The translations under genes and the position numbers were made by a program. A stretch of DNA of 64,000 bases from Octopus sinensis (taxonomy: Eukaryota). Numbering within the stretch: position 1 is the stretch's first letter; each line of letters starts with the position of its first letter. Location of the stretch: NCBI RefSeq assembly GCF_006345805.1, contig NC_043009.1, positions 7,564,001 to 7,628,000 on the forward strand, given 5' to 3'. This document shows positions 25,379 through 38,329 of the stretch, one piece after another. The notes below the pieces were generated by a model. That model saw only the letters and a list, made by a program, of their open reading frames with translations, ran no database searches and was not told where the DNA came from.

Positions 25379-25635
25379 TACATATATATATATATGTACA
25401 TACAAACATATACATATATGTATAATTATATACGTACATATATGTGCACATATTTGCATACCCACACACACAAACGCAAGTATACAGTCATACATATATA
25501 CACGTACATACATACATATATGCATACTTACATATATACGCACACACATTCATTTATGTGCTCATATTTGTATACTTACACACACACGCATATACTCAAA
25601 CTTGCATATCTATCTATACATACATACATACATAC

Positions 25636-25675
<40 letters not shown>

Positions 25676-26025
25676 GTACTTACAAGCATACATGTGTACA
25701 CACTATATACACTACCGCATATACATGTCAATTGGCTGCATCGAAGACTATATACTCGTGCACGCACCTGCATACGCACACGCAGATATTCACATATATA
25801 TATATATCTTCATATATGAGTATGTATGCATGTCTGTATATAATTCAAACATGCGTATATATATATATATATTCGTATATACATAGGCATGGCGTAGCGG
25901 AGCGTTGTGGCTTCCATTATTTTATAAGTAGCTCTTTTGGCTCAGGGGAATGTTCTGCTGAGATGAAACTGACAAACTGGAGGATTCTTTGCCGCCGGGC
26001 ATATTTATCTATATATGTATATATT

Positions 26026-26064
<39 letters not shown>

Positions 26065-26479
26065 GGGGGGAGAAAGAGAGAGAGGGGGAAGAAAGAGAGA
26101 AAGAGCGACAGTCAGACAGAGAGGGAATAAGAGAAAGGAGGGGGAGGAAGCAACATTGTCCGGAATTTAGTTAAAACTCCGGTGCATCAGAAACTTACGT
26201 ACCACTACCCCCACCTCTCGTTTGCCTCCTTTTCTATCTGTCTGGTTCGATGTGTCTGTCTGGCTGTGTGTATGTCTCTGTCTGTCTATCGGTTTCTGTG
26301 TGTGTCTGTCTCTCTTTCTCTCTCTTCTTCTCTTTTTCTCTCTTTCTCTGTGTCTTTGTCTTCTCACGCTTGAAAAATCGCAACGGTACCAAAAGTTCAC
26401 ATCCTTCAATTCACCAACAACTATAATTAAAATAAACAACACTAAGGTCAAGGGCGACAGCAACAGCATCAACAATAAC

Positions 26480-26724
26480 AATCATCATCATCATCATCAT
26501 CATCACCATCGTCATCATCATCGTCATCATCATCGTCATCATCATTGTCATCATCATCATCGTCGTCGTCGTCATCATTTTCATCATCAACATCATCGTT
26601 GTCGTCATCATCGTCATCATCATCGTCATCACCATCGTCATTATCGTCATCATCATCATCGTCGTCGTCGTAATCATTTTCATCATCAACATCATCGTTG
26701 TCGTCATCATCGTCATCGCCATCG

Positions 26725-26790
<66 letters not shown>

Positions 26791-26830
26791 GCAGCCGCAG
26801 CCGCAGCAGCAGCACCATCATCGTCATCAA
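26480..26830. repeat. (CAT)n/(CGT)n/(CAG)n array with an internal ~100-bp duplication
   Basis: Directly visible. Confidence 0.95.
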
Positions 26831-26924
26831 CAACTGCTAAATCAACAACCGTAACTATAGCAACATTGACAACGACTCAGAAAATAGCAAACCATCGACT
26901 ACAGCAAAAGACGAAAGGAAATTG

Positions 26925-27096
26925 GTAAGATCATGTGGCTATGTTGCATGAAATTTGCTTCCCAGCCACATGGTTCCGAGTTCAGTTCCACCAAATGGCA
27001 CCTTGAGCAAGTGTCTCCTGCTAGAGTCTGGGTCCTACTAAAACTCCCTTCGTGAGTGGATTTGGTAGACGGAAACTGAAAGGAGCCCGTCACACA

Positions 27097-27139
<43 letters not shown>

Positions 27140-27425
27140 CACACACACATATATATTTATATGTATGTGTGTATGCGTGTGTGTGTGTATGTGCGTGTGC
27201 GAGTATGTTTATGTGTGTGTTTCTTTGTGAATGTGTATGTCTTGCATGACCACTTGACAATCGGTGTCGGTTTGTTTATGTTCATGTAACTTAGCGGTTC
27301 AGCAAAAGGACCGATAGGATAAGTACCATGCTTGACAAAAAAAATAATTGATTCCTTTGACTAGAATTCTTCAAGGCGGCGCCCCAGCATGGCCGCAGTC
27401 TAATGACTGAAAGAAATGAAAGAGA
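26925..27425 (+). mobile_element. SINE family A (diverged)
   Basis: Head and tail match the 9271 copy. Confidence 0.85.
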
Positions 27426-27640
27426 AAATAATATCAACACCAGCTGCAACGACAGGAACAGCATGAACAATAGCAAGAAAATTGTTAAATATTCAATATC
27501 GCCAAAGTAAGTGCAAAAGCACTAAGAACAGCATCAAGTGCAACAGCAACGAAGGAAAGAAGAGTAAAACAGCTTCTAGAAAATCAGTGACGACAACGAT
27601 AATAACCACACATGTGGTTAGCAAGAGAGGGAATGTCAGG

Positions 27641-28075
27641 AGGCGAAATGGCCCAGTGGTTACGGCAGCGGACTCGCGGTTGTAAGAGCGCGGTTTCGAT
27701 TCCCAGACCGGGCGTTGTGTTTGTTTATTGAGCGAAAACACCTAAAGCTCCACGAGGCTCCGGCAGAGGGTGGTGGCGACCCCTATCGTACTCTCTCGCT
27801 CCAACTTTCTCTCACTCTTTCTTCCAACTTCTACCACAAAGCAGAGGAACCATGGTGTGGTAAACTTTCAGACCCTAGTCTAGATTGCGAATTCTCTGTA
27901 CCCTAGGATGATTCAGCTCTCCACCCGTTAAAAGCCACCGTTTACGGAATGAGGATAACAACGTAGCTTTCGCGTCCGTGCAACCGCCAATCTATCGCAT
28001 GTGGTGGGTGGATCTTCGAGTTGCCACACACATTCTTAGTAGCTTCGTGTAGGCTCGAATTAGAGATTATTCTTT
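27641..28075 (+). mobile_element. Composite SINE: family-B tRNA head/core fused to a distinct ~240-bp tail, followed by (GAA)n
   Basis: The same head-plus-tail fusion recurs at 52305-52745. Confidence 0.8.
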
Positions 28076-28100
28076 GAGGCTAATGGCGTGAGTCCTGATT

Positions 28101-28101
<1 letters not shown>

Positions 28102-28148
<47 letters not shown>

Positions 28149-28224
28149 AGAAGAAGAAGAAGAAGAAGAAGAAGAAGAAGAAGAAGAAGAAGAAGAAGAA
28201 GAAGAAGAAGAAGAAGAAGAAGAA
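28102..28224 (+). repeat. (GAA)n microsatellite, ~40 units
   Basis: Directly visible. Confidence 0.98.
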
Positions 28225-28375
28225 AGCAGCCACCATAACATTAAAACCGCTAAGAAAGTCGATAGCAATAAGGATTGATACAAGAAGGAAGCCGAAACAT
28301 CATGAACAGCAATGGTGAAAATAATCACAAAAGCAACATCAGAAACAAACAGCTATATACATTGTAATAATTCTG

Positions 28376-28830
28376 TTACTCTTTTACTTGTTTCAGTCAT
28401 TTGACTGTGGCCATGCTGGAGCACCACCTTTAGTCAAGCAAATCGACCCCAGGACTTATTCTTTGGAAACCTAGTACTTATTCTATCGGTCTCTTTTGCC
28501 GAACATCTAAGTTACGGGGACGTAAACGCACTAGCATCGGTTGTCAAGCGATGTTGGGGGGATAAACACAGATACACAAACACAGATACACAAACATATA
28601 GACACACAAATATATAGACACACACAAAAACACACACACACACTCATATATATATATATACATATATACGACGGGCTTCTTTTTAGTTTCCGTCTACCAA
28701 ATCCACTCACAAGGCTTTTGTTGGCCCGAGGCTATAGTAGAAGACACTTGCCCAAGATGCCACGGAGAGGGACTGAACCCGGAACCATGTGGTTGGTAAG
28801 CAAGCTACTTACCACACAGCAACTCCTACA
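28376..28830 (-). mobile_element. SINE family A
   Basis: Full head and tail in reverse orientation. Confidence 0.92.
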
Positions 28831-28854
28831 TATTCAAATTTCAAATTTCAAGTT

Positions 28855-29055
28855 TCAAATTTTGGCACGAGGCCAGCAATTTCGGGGGAGGGAGCAAGAC
28901 GATTATATCAACCTAAGTGGTACTTATTTGATCGACCCTTAGGGAATGAATGGTAAAGTCGACCTCAGCGAAATTTGAACTCAGAAGGTAATGGCAGACG
29001 AAATACCGCTAAGCATTTTACCTGGCGTGCTAATTGTTCTTCCATCTTGCCGCCT
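28855..29055 (-). mobile_element. SINE family C
   Basis: aaagtcgacctcagcgaaatttgaactcag on +. Confidence 0.82.
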
Positions 29056-29488
29056 TAATATGCTTAGCAATAAATAACGACAATATTGGGATTTATGATC
29101 GCAACGTCAGCTATAGCAGTTGCATCAATATTGTGTCTAGCAATCGCAACAATAAACAATAGTATTCAGAAACAGAAAGGCAACAATAGCAATAGCAACA
29201 GTAATCAATAATTCTAAGAGACAGAACGTTGAAAATCTCAAAAATAATGGCGACGATATTCGCAACAAAGATAATCAACAACAAAGCAGTAAGAAACAAA
29301 ATGACAGCAACAGCAAGGAGAAGAATGGTAGATAAATCTCAATAGCAAAAATACAGAAGCACTTCGAAGTGAACATCAGCAATACCGACAACAAAAGCAA
29401 CAGTAATCTTTAATACATTGCTGTAACGAGCAAGACCAGCAGAACTATTAGTCGTTGAGCATTTAGGTCTTTGTAGTTCTTGAAGTGT

Positions 29489-29740
29489 GGAGGCGCGTGG
29501 CTTAGTGGTTGGGGTGTCAGCATCATGATCGTAAGATTGTGGTTTCGATTCCTGGACCGGGCGACGCGTTGTGTTCTTGAGCAAAACACTTCATTTCACG
29601 TTGCTCCAGTCCACTCAGCTGGCAAAAATGAGTAACGCTGCGATGGACTGGTGTCCCGTCCAACTGGGGAGCACATACGCCATTGAAACCGGGAAACTGG
29701 GCCCATGAGCCTGGCTAGGCTTTAAAAGGGCGCATTTATT
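29489..29740 (+). mobile_element. SINE family B variant
   Basis: ggaggcgcgtggcttagtggttgggg...ggtttcgattcctggaccggg with A and B boxes. Confidence 0.85.
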
Positions 29741-30943
29741 ATTTTTTAATTATTTCTTGAAGTAGTTATACTTGTTTTTAAGCCCGGAGCGTTAGGTGAG
29801 TACAGGGACTAATATAAATCATTGAATAATAAAGGGACAGGAGTTACTTAACTTCATTAGCATTTGCTTATTTCTACTATAAGAAGCAGTGAGCTTAGAG
29901 TTAAGAGCGCTTGTTCAACTTCCTATACACTCATCTTTGCTTTTAAACGCTCTGAGGGAGTTATAAGCTGGGCTGATATTGCACAGTTTCTGTTCAAATC
30001 TTATTCAATGATTCACGTATACATGTGTGTATATATATAAAAAGGCAAAAATAATGGGCTTTTCATATTCCTTTATTCGAGCATTTTTAACTTACAGCTG
30101 TTTCGGATATATTTTTGGGTTCATTATAGCTATGTTTATCAATCGGTCTATTGATCAGTTGGGAAATAATGAACGCCCTCAAAATAAATGAATGCTATCA
30201 TTGTCATGTATATATTATACAAACTTGTATATGTGTATATCATATATTATATGTGTGTGTATGTGTGTGTGTGTGTGTGGTGTGTGTGTATCTGTTTATT
30301 CGTGCATATATGCGCACGTGCGTTCATTACCAATTTGTCGGAGACGTTTAGAGAGTCCGATATAGTGCTTTGATGTATCTCTTTCGGCTTTGTGAACTGA
30401 CTTGAAATCAATGAAGACATGCTTGTATAAGTTTAGGCCGATAATTGCAGCGCCAGTCCGCAGTGCTGCATTGGAGCATTGTTAGAGCATTCAACTGGGC
30501 TGCCATGTGGTATCTGCTTCGATTCTCAGTCTTCGGGGTTCAAATCATATATGTTCCTCATAGACAGACTACATCGTCCTTCAGAAGACTTTCAAAATCA
30601 TAATGGCTTTAGGAAGTCCTTACACTCTTGGTTAAAGAGTTTCCATGCAAGTACACGACCTAGCAGCATGAGACTTCAAAATGCATCCCACGTGGGACAC
30701 GGGTTCGCGAGTTCTAGGGGTCTGAGGAGTGTGGAACCACCTCTTAGCCACTATCGTTCCCAGGTCTACTCACATCCGGGGAAATACCATCTTTCAGGGT
30801 CCAACCTATAGGTTAATTAGCATATTATGGAGAAACCCCAAGTATAAACCCTCATTAGCTTGTGAGTGCCTCTGAAAAGGGAAAGGCTAACGGAGTTAAC
30901 CTCAACAGCGAATCAAATTACGCAATCCTTCAGGTGGCCTGGT

Positions 30944-31480
30944 GGCCGAATTCCCCCACCTCCCCGCGAGTTCCGGACCCCAGTAATGAACTCATTTGCA
31001 TACATCCAATCAGATCTCACCTTCACCTTGTTGTCAAGTTAACAAACACATTCTACCAAGTAAACTCAAGATGGAGAACGGTGTTGGAAATCGACCGATC
31101 GCCAAGTTATGCCTTGTTTTAGAAGGACACAAGTACTTGGATAGATTTGCATCTGTACCTATTATCGGGGTTTGTTAGGGCCCCATATGGTAAAGATGTG
31201 GATGGGAAAAATGTGGGTAGAGGGTGATGTGCTAGCAAACTCCTCCCCGTACTGTTTTAGAAAGTAAACAACAACACAAATGATTTCGCAGAACAAGAAC
31301 AACAAGCATCATTAAAAGAGAAAAGAAGCATCGCCATTCCTCATCCAAGTGACCATATCTTATCGTCCATCATTTGTTGTGCGCTCATAAATCAATTTGA
31401 TAGTTGGGCTCTGATTGACCGTATGCAAATGAGTTCGTAACTGGAGTGCAAAACTCTCGTGGGGAAAAAATTCGTAGCCG
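30944..31480. mobile_element. MITE-like unit with ~70-bp imperfect inverted repeats containing octamer and CCAAT-like motifs, nested in a GC-richer RTE-UTR-like element (~30550-31770)
   Basis: gaactcatttgcatacatccaatcag (left) vs ctgattgaccgtatgcaaatgagttc (right). ATTTGCAT at 30994-31001 and ATGCAAAT at 31423-31430. Confidence 0.5.
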
Positions 31481-31770
31481 TTTACCCTCTTTGACACCCT
31501 TGTGGAAATTCCAGGGTAGGACGAGCTTTCCAGCCCTGTAAGGTAACTCACGTGGGTGAAGGCCAATTTAATGTAAAACCTATAGGTTGCCGGTCACTGC
31601 AGCCATCTTAGTCCGAAAGAGTGCTAGTGGACCGCGCATAATCACTTTCAATTTGGGTCTACTAAACAGAGGCTAGAAGTACAGCCTTGCAAGTATCAAA
31701 AGACAGTTTATATAGGGATTCCAGAGTTCTGATCTTTTGGGACTTTGGGCAATAAGAAACTGCTGTTATT

Positions 31771-31814
<44 letters not shown>

Positions 31815-32104
31815 TATCATCATCATCTTCCTCATCAAAACCACCACCGCCGCCGCTGCTGCCGCAGCCGCCACCACGATCATCATCAATATCATCATCG
31901 CCGTCGTCTTCGTCAACGTCATCATCAATATAAATGTGTGTGGTGTGAGTGTGTGTGTGTGTGTGTGTGTGTACGTGCTTTTGTATAATTCTAAAAACTG
32001 AAACTAAATTGAACGATGAGCGCTCACACAAACATATGCACACGAAAACGCATACACAGAAACACACAAACGCACACACAGATTATTTTTACAAGGAAAA
32101 GTTA

Positions 32105-32150
32105 GCAATCACTTCGAAGTGTCGGCTGTGTTGCCTTCATCGGTCTGTTG
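32105..32150 (-). ncRNA. Degenerate (probably inactive) minimal hammerhead remnant
   Basis: CCGATGA-A-GGC-AACACA-GCC-GACAC-TTCGAA-GTG: core positions mutated, palindromic helix III retained. Confidence 0.35.
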
Positions 32151-32388
32151 AAGGTTAGAGTCGAAGAAATTCTCATTAGACATCAACATATACACACGAA
32201 TGCATCCATGCGAACACACGCACAGACACACACAAACAGATACACACGGGCATAATGTATCTATATGAATATGTATATAATATATATGTGCGTGTGTGTG
32301 CATATAAATATATAATATAATATATAATATATACATATACACATATATATGTAAATATATATATATACATATATGTATTCATATGTAT

Positions 32389-32423
<35 letters not shown>

Positions 32424-32829
32424 GATAGATAGATAGATATATATCTATATATGTATATATATATGTATATATATGTATATATATATATACAGATAGATAG
32501 ATATGTATATATATGTATATATATGTATATATATATGTATATATATATATGTATATATATATATGTATATATATATATACACATATATATACTCATACAG
32601 ATCTCTTAGATGCTGAGAGAGAAAAGAAAAAGAAAGGCACAGAAAGAGAGAGAGAGAGAGACAGGGAGAGAGAGAGAGAGAGATAAGCAGAGAAAGGGTA
32701 TTAGAAATTGGTGAGACAGGCCCAATGAGAAATTAAACTTCATTGCAATGAAGAAATGAATGCAAAAGTAACTGGAAGAACAGCTCCAGGGAGCGTAGCC
32801 TCACACACACACACACACACACATAGACA

Positions 32830-32875
<46 letters not shown>

Positions 32876-33027
32876 CATATATAATTGTATATTTATATAT
32901 ACGTACATAGATACATATATACAGACATGTATACATATACATATGCATATATATATATATAATATATATATATATATATTATATATATATATACGTATAT
33001 ATATATATATACGTATATATATATGTT

Positions 33028-33092
<65 letters not shown>

Positions 33093-33107
33093 TATAATAT
33101 ATATATA

Positions 33108-33143
<36 letters not shown>

Positions 33144-33659
33144 AACTATACATGCACACCTAAATTCATTTCGGAGTTGTGTAGTGTTTGATCTTTCCGA
33201 TACATACAGGGTAAACTTGCGAGAGAAATAATATCACTGCAGTACTTCCCAGCCATCTCCCGACACACGACACACACACGACACACACACACACACGACA
33301 CACACACACAACACTCTGCGGTGTCTGTGTCATTTTCTAATATATATATTTTTACATTTACGTAAAACATTGTAATGTTCTTCATTTAAGGCATGGACGG
33401 TGCGCACACAAGGGAAGCATGAATGCATTAAATACCTTGAACGCTTCATTATGTCCGATGCTTACGGCGAGCCGAAATTGGAGAATCTGAAAGGTTGATC
33501 AAAAACATGATTGCTGCAATGAAGTTTGAATGAAAAAAAAATATGAAACAAAAAAAAAAACCCCGCTCACATTTGAAGTGGCAGTAAATTACATGTGACG
33601 TCATAGCCGAGTATCACCGTGTAACTATATTGTCTAATGTTGTGGAACGCGAAATGTTG

Positions 33660-33975
33660 GGATGCATGCATGTATGTATGTATGTATGTATGTATGTTTG
33701 TATGTATGTATGTATGTATGTTTGTATGTATGTATGTATGTATGTATGTATGTATGAATGTATGTGTGTATGTATGTACGTTTGTATGTAGGTATGCATG
33801 TATGTACGTATGTATGCATGCATGTATGTATGTGTGTATGTATGTATGTATGTATGTATGTATGAATGTATGTATGTATGTATGTATGAATGTATGTATG
33901 TATGCATGTATGCATGTATGTATGTATGTATGTATGTATGTATGTATGTATGTATGTATGTATGTATGTATGTAT
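33660..33975. repeat. (ATGT)n variant-repeat microsatellite
   Basis: Directly visible. Confidence 0.97.
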
Positions 33976-34425
33976 ATCTCCATTTTTCTATGTATATATA
34001 TGAATCTGTGTGTGAGTATGTATATATATACAAAATTTAAGCTTTCTGTATCTAGTTCTGGAAATTATGTTTGTAAACGACATACTATGCTGATGATCTT
34101 GCAGATGTTCACGTGTACATATACGTGAATATTAACAAGTGAAACTGATTAGTACATAGGTAATCGTTTTTTATTTCGTATATTTTCATTTGTCTTGCTT
34201 ATTTTTTACACTTTGTTTTTTGCTGAGTTTTTTCTTGAGAACACATTCTTCGTGGAAAATAGCGATTTTGACGTCTGTATCTAGCATATTGACTGTCCAC
34301 TTTTAGTGGTCAGTCCTTTAAATTTTGTATGTAAAAAATATTTTAATCTTCGGATTTTTTTTATATGCTAGGCCACTGGTTTTAATTGATTAATATCAAT
34401 TTCTACCCTTATTCAATTTTGTGTG

Positions 34426-34459
<34 letters not shown>

Positions 34460-34491
34460 ATACATGGATAAATAGATTAATAAATATATAG

Positions 34492-34530
<39 letters not shown>

Positions 34531-34586
34531 GACACAAACACACACACATAGAGAGAGAGTGAAATAGCTAGCTATATAGCTAGATT

Positions 34587-34630
<44 letters not shown>

Positions 34631-34635
34631 GATAC

Positions 34636-34667
<32 letters not shown>

Positions 34668-35284
34668 GTAAATAGATTGATAAATAGGAATATATACGTA
34701 TGTGTGTTTCTCATCTTCCTGTTTAAACATGCATGCGTTGCACAGCGTTGTGCAACACTGTATATGAGCTGTGACTGTGTATGAACAGAGATACTGGCAC
34801 ACTCACACATTTACACACACATACACACACACACACACACACATACACACACACACACACACAAACAGACACACACACAGACACACACGAGAGAGTATAT
34901 TTTATATTATTATAAGAATTCAACTTTGTATCTTATGTAAAATTTGAAACTTATAAACGCACACAAACATACATGCATACATACGTACATATAAAGAAAT
35001 AGATAAACACATGTATACACACTCACATATTGAGCAAACCTAAAATGTATATATGAACGATTAATTGGTGCTTGGATTCACTGAATTCTTAAACTTCAAC
35101 TTTTTAAGCAGGGTAAAATATTACAGTAGAAGAGATGGAACCTCGAGCAGAAAATTAAAAAGGCAAGTTGGACAAACATTTGTACATGAAACGAATTCAT
35201 TTACAAACACACACATACACACACACACACACATGCACACACACACACGCGCGCATACACACATACACACACACACCCACATGC

Positions 35285-35339
<55 letters not shown>

Positions 35340-35443
35340 TCAGTATACAATACAAAGTATTTACTAATACATACGCGGTGAAGCTACACTTTGGCGTCGT
35401 ATTTTTACGTTCGGTACTTAGTTGTGCCATTTATTTACTAATT

Positions 35444-35488
<45 letters not shown>

Positions 35489-35724
35489 CAGGATGTAAGC
35501 ACATCTTTACAGCTGTCTCGAAAATGCGGCGTATGGTTGTTACAATGCATATTATGCAAACAAATGTACACAATGAAGTAGCATTAAACAAAGTATATAC
35601 AGAGAAATATTATTAATTCGCATGAAGCTTGGTATGTGAGTATCTTCTTGTGGGAAAGGCTGACCGTTCTCTGCAGACGGTGTGTGAAATTTACGAAAAA
35701 TATTCATGACAAATCATTGGCTTC

Positions 35725-35880
35725 AAATTTTGGCACAAAGCCAGCAATTTATATTAACTCCAGTGTACTCAACTGGTACTTATTTTCTTGATGAAAGTGG
35801 ATCTCGGCGTAATTTGAACTCAAAATGCGAAAGTGGACGAAATGCCGCGAAGCATTATGCCTGGAGCTATAACGATCCTG
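35725..35880 (-). mobile_element. SINE family C (diverged)
   Basis: tctcggcgtaatttgaactcaaaatgcg on +. Confidence 0.7.
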
Positions 35881-36380
35881 TCAGCATGTCGCCCTATTCG
35901 CGCTAAAGAAAATCGATGGAAATATAACGGGACGGATTACCAGGTGAAATAATATATATATATATGTACATATACATGCATATATGGGTACGGGACGTCA
36001 AAAATCGTGGTCAAAATGAAAAACTAGAACATAAAAAACGAACATTTTTCGAACAACGAAAGAAACAAATAGAGAAACGAGACAGACAACATAAAGAAAA
36101 ATCCCTTTCATTACTTGTCGTATAATTACAATATATGTAAACAAAGTTTGCTGCTTTCTTTTTCTAGAAGAGTTGAAATATACAGGTATGGAAATATTTT
36201 GCATTCTCAAACGCAGAATAATGCTGAATAGCACAAATAGGACAGAACATCCTTATATTACAGAAAAAATTGTTACCGGCCATATAAGGATGTTCTATCC
36301 TATTTTGCTATTCAGCATTATTCTTCATTTGAGAATAAAAACTATTTCCATATCTGTGTGTATATATATATATATATATA

Positions 36381-36535
36381 TGATGCAAATATGGGACAAG
36401 AACACAAAACATCCAGACAGGTGATACAAAAAATGGACAAGACATCCAGACAGACGATACAAAGAAAAGAAGGACGGTTCATTCGGAGTTTTCTATCCTC
36501 AGCCGAGTTCCAGATTATCTTTGCAATTTCGGTTA
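36381..36535 (-). mobile_element. TA-flanked fragment related to the 11428-12293 element
   Basis: Minus strand ccgaaattgcaaagataatctggaactcggCTGAGGA...ccgaatgaaccgtcc aligns with ccgaaatgctaagatgatctggttcttgaCTGATGA...tcgaatgtcccgtcc. Confidence 0.5.
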
Positions 36536-36794
36536 TATACATATATATATATATGATCCTTTACTCACTAAACTCTTAAACCTATCGTTCTCTAAGGAGA
36601 TATACCCTGATTCTTGAACATATCTTATATAAAGAGGAAATTAAAATAAAAATGTTCAATTCGAAAAATAGAATTTATTGAAAGATTAATAAAGCTAATA
36701 TAAAATCAATGCTGATTTGAGATAATTATAATTATTGATAAAATAGAAGCAATTTCGTGACAATAAAGGCATCATCTTAAGGTAAAACATTCTA

Positions 36795-38050
36795 TTGGAT
36801 TGGAAAGAAAATAAATTTCGTTTTTCGTACATACAGTTACGATTTTTTTAATGACTTTTGTCAATGTTATGATATTTTTCCTTTTGATATTTGATAGCCA
36901 ATACTTTTAGTTTTATTTAGAAGCAAATTGCTCGTAATTTTGTTTACAGCTGTTAGTTCAGTGCCAATTTTAACATGGAGTGCAAAAAAGGAACATTTTC
37001 GCCATATTTTGCTGTTGTATTTCTGTAAAGGCAAGAACGCTGCTGAGGCTGACAAAGTGATATTTGAATTTTATTGTGTTGATTGAACACACATGGAAGA
37101 TATAGTTTAAAATAGTCCGTTCAAAGACGACCGACGTCTCCTGGTCGACCTACTGAAGTTGATGATGATCGAATCAAAGCTATAATTGAATCTGATTGTT
37201 ATATAACTGTGCAAGAGATTGCAGAGAGGTTAAGTGTATCACACACAACAATTGAAAATACTTCAAAATGTCTTGGACTCATTAAGAAGCTCGATATTTG
37301 GGTTTCACATAAACTGAAAGAGATTCACCTAACACAACGAATCAATATTTGCCATAGGCAAACGCAATGAAATCGACTATTTTTGAAATACGTCATCACC
37401 GGTGATGAAAAATGGATTGTCTACAATTCACATCAATCGAAACCGATCATGGTCCAAGCCTAATGAACCAACACAAACCACATCGAAAGCTGCAGTGCAT
37501 CAAATAAAGGTCATGCTGTCAATTTGGTGGGATTACAAAGGTGTTGTGTATTTTGAGCTGCCTCCAAGGGACCAAACGATCAATTCAGATGTTTACTGTC
37601 AACAACTAATGAAACTGGAGGAAGCAATCAAAGAAAAACTGCAAGAATTGGCAAATCGTAAAGGAATTGTGTTCCACAATGACAACGCTATACCACACAC
37701 ATCTTTGCTAAATCGTGAGAAATTATTGGAGCTCGGTTGTGAAGTGGTGTTACATCCACCATATAGCCCTGACCTTGCACCATCAGATTAACATTTATTT
37801 CGAAGTTTGCAAACTTCTTTGAATGGTAAAATTTTTAATAATAATGTTGACCTGAAATCGCACTTGCTTCAGATTTTGGCTGATAAGAACCAGAAGTTTT
37901 AAGAGCACGGAATCATGAAGTTGCCAGAAAGATGGCAAAGGATCACCGAACAAAATGGAAAGTATATAATTGATTACAGTTCATTCTTTGAATGAAAAAC
38001 CAAATGACTTTTATTTTACACTAAAAACCTGAAATTACTTTCTTGCCACA
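36795..38050 (+). mobile_element. Decayed mariner (DD34D) transposon, mellifera-subfamily-like
   Basis: Degenerate TIRs with flanking TA. ATG at 36975 (MECK..EHFRHILLLYFCKGKNAAEA); TGDEKW at 37398; HNDNAIPH; YSPDLAPSD* (stop 37789-37791); LPERWQ..EQNGKYII. Frameshifts present. Confidence 0.93.
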
Positions 38051-38329
38051 TATGTAACTGTTGTGTGGACACCCCCAGACGATGAGGTAGACTAGCCCTA
38101 TACGTAGATATAGAGGGAGAAGTCTAGACGTCGTCAGAGTAGAGCTGAGAGAACAGTAGCAGCCATAGTAGACTAGAACCGAGGCCAGCAGAGTAGTGTT
38201 GAGTAGTAGAGGCATCCGAATGTGCGATATAACAATAACATGTCCTTGCGAAGAGGCGATCTTTAAGAAACCATTTTAGTGTTTGTGTATTTACAAAACA
38301 ATGCTTGTAATATACTGCAATAGTTCAGG

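Noticed and set aside
30941-30985. HDV-like P3/L3 motif ACC-TCCCCGC-GAG
   Set aside because: P3 does not pair and P1.1/P2 could not be assigned; better explained as part of the inverted repeat.
35595-35645. Micro-exon candidate (RNIINSHEAWY) with a gtgagt donor
   Set aside because: The acceptor has no polypyrimidine tract and there is no supporting neighbouring exon.
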